Source of the DNA: Cystobasidiomycetes sp. EMM_F5
Taxonomy: Eukaryota
Direction of reading: 5' to 3'
NCBI GenBank assembly: GCA_051047955.1
Contig: JBPGPT010000004.1
Location: forward strand, 682,001-746,000
DNA: 64,000 nucleotides
This document shows, in pieces, positions 61,648 to 64,000 of this stretch (positions within the stretch are counted from its first letter, which is position 1; the number at the start of each line of letters is the position of its first letter). Under the pieces are notes generated by a model that made no database searches, was not told the origin of the DNA, and was given only the letters and a program-made list of their open reading frames with translations. A program made the translations under genes and the position numbers.

Positions 61648-62505
61648 TCAGTACTTGTAACGCGTAGAATAGTCCTTTGGACTGACAACCTGTATTGACG
61701 CGGCGACTTCAGCACATTTACGCAGATTCTGCATAGTACCGTTCTTACCAGACCGCGACCTTTCGAGGCACCCCTATACACAGTCTCGACGATATCGATA
61801 ATCTCCTGAGAGTCTTCTATTGGCCAGTTTATCTGTAGAGTCAGGGCAATAATTAAGCCTGGTATTCGCCCCTCCGTCTAGGACAAGACGGTGCGCACCT
61901 TGTTGTTGTTACCCGTCCCGAAATCACACATGATGTGCTGTAAAGACGAAAATCAGCACTAGGCTCATTGGCATGGAAGATTTAGAACAGCAGCGATACT
62001 AGTCGAGTATAGATCGACTAGCTGATCGCTACAGTCTTTCTCAGGCCTACCTTGTTCCGGTAGAAGAACATGACAGTCACGGCATCGTACAGTTCGTACA
62101 TCTGCAAGGGGACACACCTTCAGATTCTCCAGACCTCGGCTGTATGTTTCCCTCAATTCACCTTTGTAAAGTCTGGAACTTCGGTAATATCCACCTTCCA
62201 GATGATTGCAAAATTCTTAACCTTTTCAGTGACCTTGCGCAGAGTCTCGTCCATGACCATACATTGAGGGTCCTGGGTACGACGGCGAGTCAGCGATTCA
62301 AGTATACGTCCGTCTGGCCCGTCCAAATCGCAAATTACTCACGTAATCATGCCCAAACCGAATCACAACCACTCTGTCCTCCTCTGCGAGAATGGCTTCT
62401 GCAATTGCGTGTAACGTCAGTTTTCCAGTTTGGATGCGTAGTGGCGCTTGGATGCTCACGGTCGACGTGCCATCCGGACTTGAGACTTGGGAGAAAGTAC
62501 GACAT
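61648..62505 (-). CDS. DIB1: U5 snRNP thioredoxin-like protein Dim1/Dib1 (TXNL4A), multi-exon
   Basis: MSYFLPSLKSGWHVD|QAILAEEDRVVVIRFGHD, VDITEVPDFTK|MYELYD, FFYRNK|HIMCDFGTGNNNK|INW, VYRGASKGRGLV, SPKDYSTRYKY*. Confidence 0.96.
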
Positions 62506-62924
62506 AATGGACCAGACAGAATCTCAGGATTGAGTGAGTGTCGGTGTAAAGTCAAGCTGCATTGCCAGACTTGTGGAAATGTAAAGTCCAGACTCGATCA
62601 TTATCAATGGATATTCGAAAGCTTGTTCATTTAACGTAGGTTTACTTCACTCCTTCTGCACTTCCCAGCATGTCAGAAGCAGCCAAGCTCAATGCAGTCG
62701 GAATGGCTGTACAGACTGACCGGCTAGTCAGGCCACAGCAAGCATGGAACAGTTCCGTCGGACTGGACCACAACCGCTAATAGCGATAATTGAATGAAAT
62801 GCACAGCCATCTACTGACAGACCGCATCCGCGACAACTCTATTGCGTGTCTAATTGACACCGTGCATACCGTTTACGAGCTAAATCACTGACCAAGTCTC
62901 GGCATCGCGACGGCCTCCTGAGAG

Positions 62925-63821
62925 ATGGATACGCAAATGAGCGAATCGCCTCACATCGCTCCAGCGGTCACAGCTGCGTTAGGCTCGCCAGCTGGTGGCT
63001 CATTACTCTCAAAAGCTGTATGCTCTATTGTGAACCGCGAGGACGCTGCTGCTTCCCCGGCAGAAGCAAAGCCATCTCTGCATACGTGTACCGCATCGGC
63101 TTGTGTCAAAGATGCAGATTGTGCCATCATTGACAGCCGAAAGCATTGGAGGTATGGGCCTCTGTCGCTTCAACGAGGACATGCTGCTCCGCGGCTTGGT
63201 CGAATCCTCAAGTCGCAGACAAGCACACACAGTCGGCAATCAGCATCATCCGCACCGCTACATTTTGTGCGATTGACGAATGCCGCTTCGAACACTCTTT
63301 CATACGCTTCTCTGAAGCCTGTGTTACCCGAGCCAAAGGCCGTCAAGGTCCCGATGCGACTTGAAAAGATTCCCATAAAGACTCGTTCACCTCAACTGAC
63401 GGCTACTGCCGGTAAGCCTCGATGTCCTTTCCGTCGTCTATCAGACAGACGCTGAAGATGCTAGTGCAACTCAGTATCGAGTCTACACAAGCGTATACCG
63501 GGGTGTGCAGGCGCGATCACAGACCCTCACGGACTGGACTTTAGTGTGCTTAATAAAACACTAGCTTGGCTGGACGTACTTGAAGAACAATTAGCCTATT
63601 ACAGGAAATCTCACGCAGCAAGTAGAGAAATTGCAAACGAGCGTCGAAAGATGTTGCAAGGACTGTTGAGACTAAGTGAGCTTCCTAATCACTGCGCGTC
63701 TAAATGTCATGTCGCTGATGCCGTGATAGGTCAGAAGAAGGGTCTGCTAAGCGCTCGGCAGGAAGCATCCGCAGTGGCCCTACTCGAAGAGCAGGAGATG
63801 GCGATGGCCTATGACGCGTGA
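62925..63821 (+). CDS. Hypothetical protein with C-terminal coiled-coil-like segment; exon structure uncertain
   Basis: ATG 62925, GT-AG-flanked segments and helical LAWLDVLEEQLAYYRKSH..LLEEQEMAMAYDA*. Confidence 0.4.
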
Positions 63822-64000
63822 AAATTGCAGAGATCCAGCAGCATTGTTCGGATGTATGCAGCAGCGAACTCAGAATGGACCCTGCCTGGCTGTCAGGTCG
63901 GTATCAATAGATCGATACAAACCTTTTGCCCTGTCGTGACAACGCGTTACCGCAGCATTGACTTTCGTGTACACAGCTCAGAGACGTCAAGCAGTACGAT

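Overview
This is a gene-dense, intron-rich fungal chromosome segment. Short introns (mostly 50-70 nt) with CTRAC branch sites and the protein sequences suggest a basidiomycete, probably Ustilaginomycotina (inference). It holds about 27 protein-coding loci, reconstructed by eye across introns: two tandem NAD-dependent epimerase/SDR genes, SF3A2/Prp11, VAP/Scs2, a Cdc25-like rhodanese phosphatase, an intact and a pseudogenised aldo-keto reductase, Trm61, a YjlB-like cupin, Sch9 kinase, a branched-chain aminotransferase, a beta-helix/bulb-lectin protein, kinesin-1, Wss1 protease, the carnitine carrier, a Clg1/Pcl-type cyclin, a Zn2Cys6 factor, Hikeshi/Opi10, Prm1, an RPAP3-like TPR protein, mitochondrial bL35, a GT8, tubulin cofactor D, a cytochrome b5-acyl-CoA dehydrogenase, Dim1/Dib1 and several hypotheticals. 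Signals not visible in the ORF track: (1) two U4 snRNA copies in a ~360-bp inverted duplication flanking WSS1, one canonical and one with a damaged Sm site and stems; (2) two abutting introns (GC-AG then GT-AG) with a zero-nucleotide exon in Hikeshi/OPI10; (3) a 1.3-kb stretch with no ATG upstream of the cyclin; (4) a beta-helix protein with no signal peptide and a QxDxNxVxY lectin motif that forms only after splicing; (5) an intron present in only one of two tandem AKR paralogs; (6) a 17-bp hairpin in a Dim1 intron. No tRNA, rRNA, CRISPR array or transposase was seen. Gene spans include introns, and exon boundaries are manual predictions.
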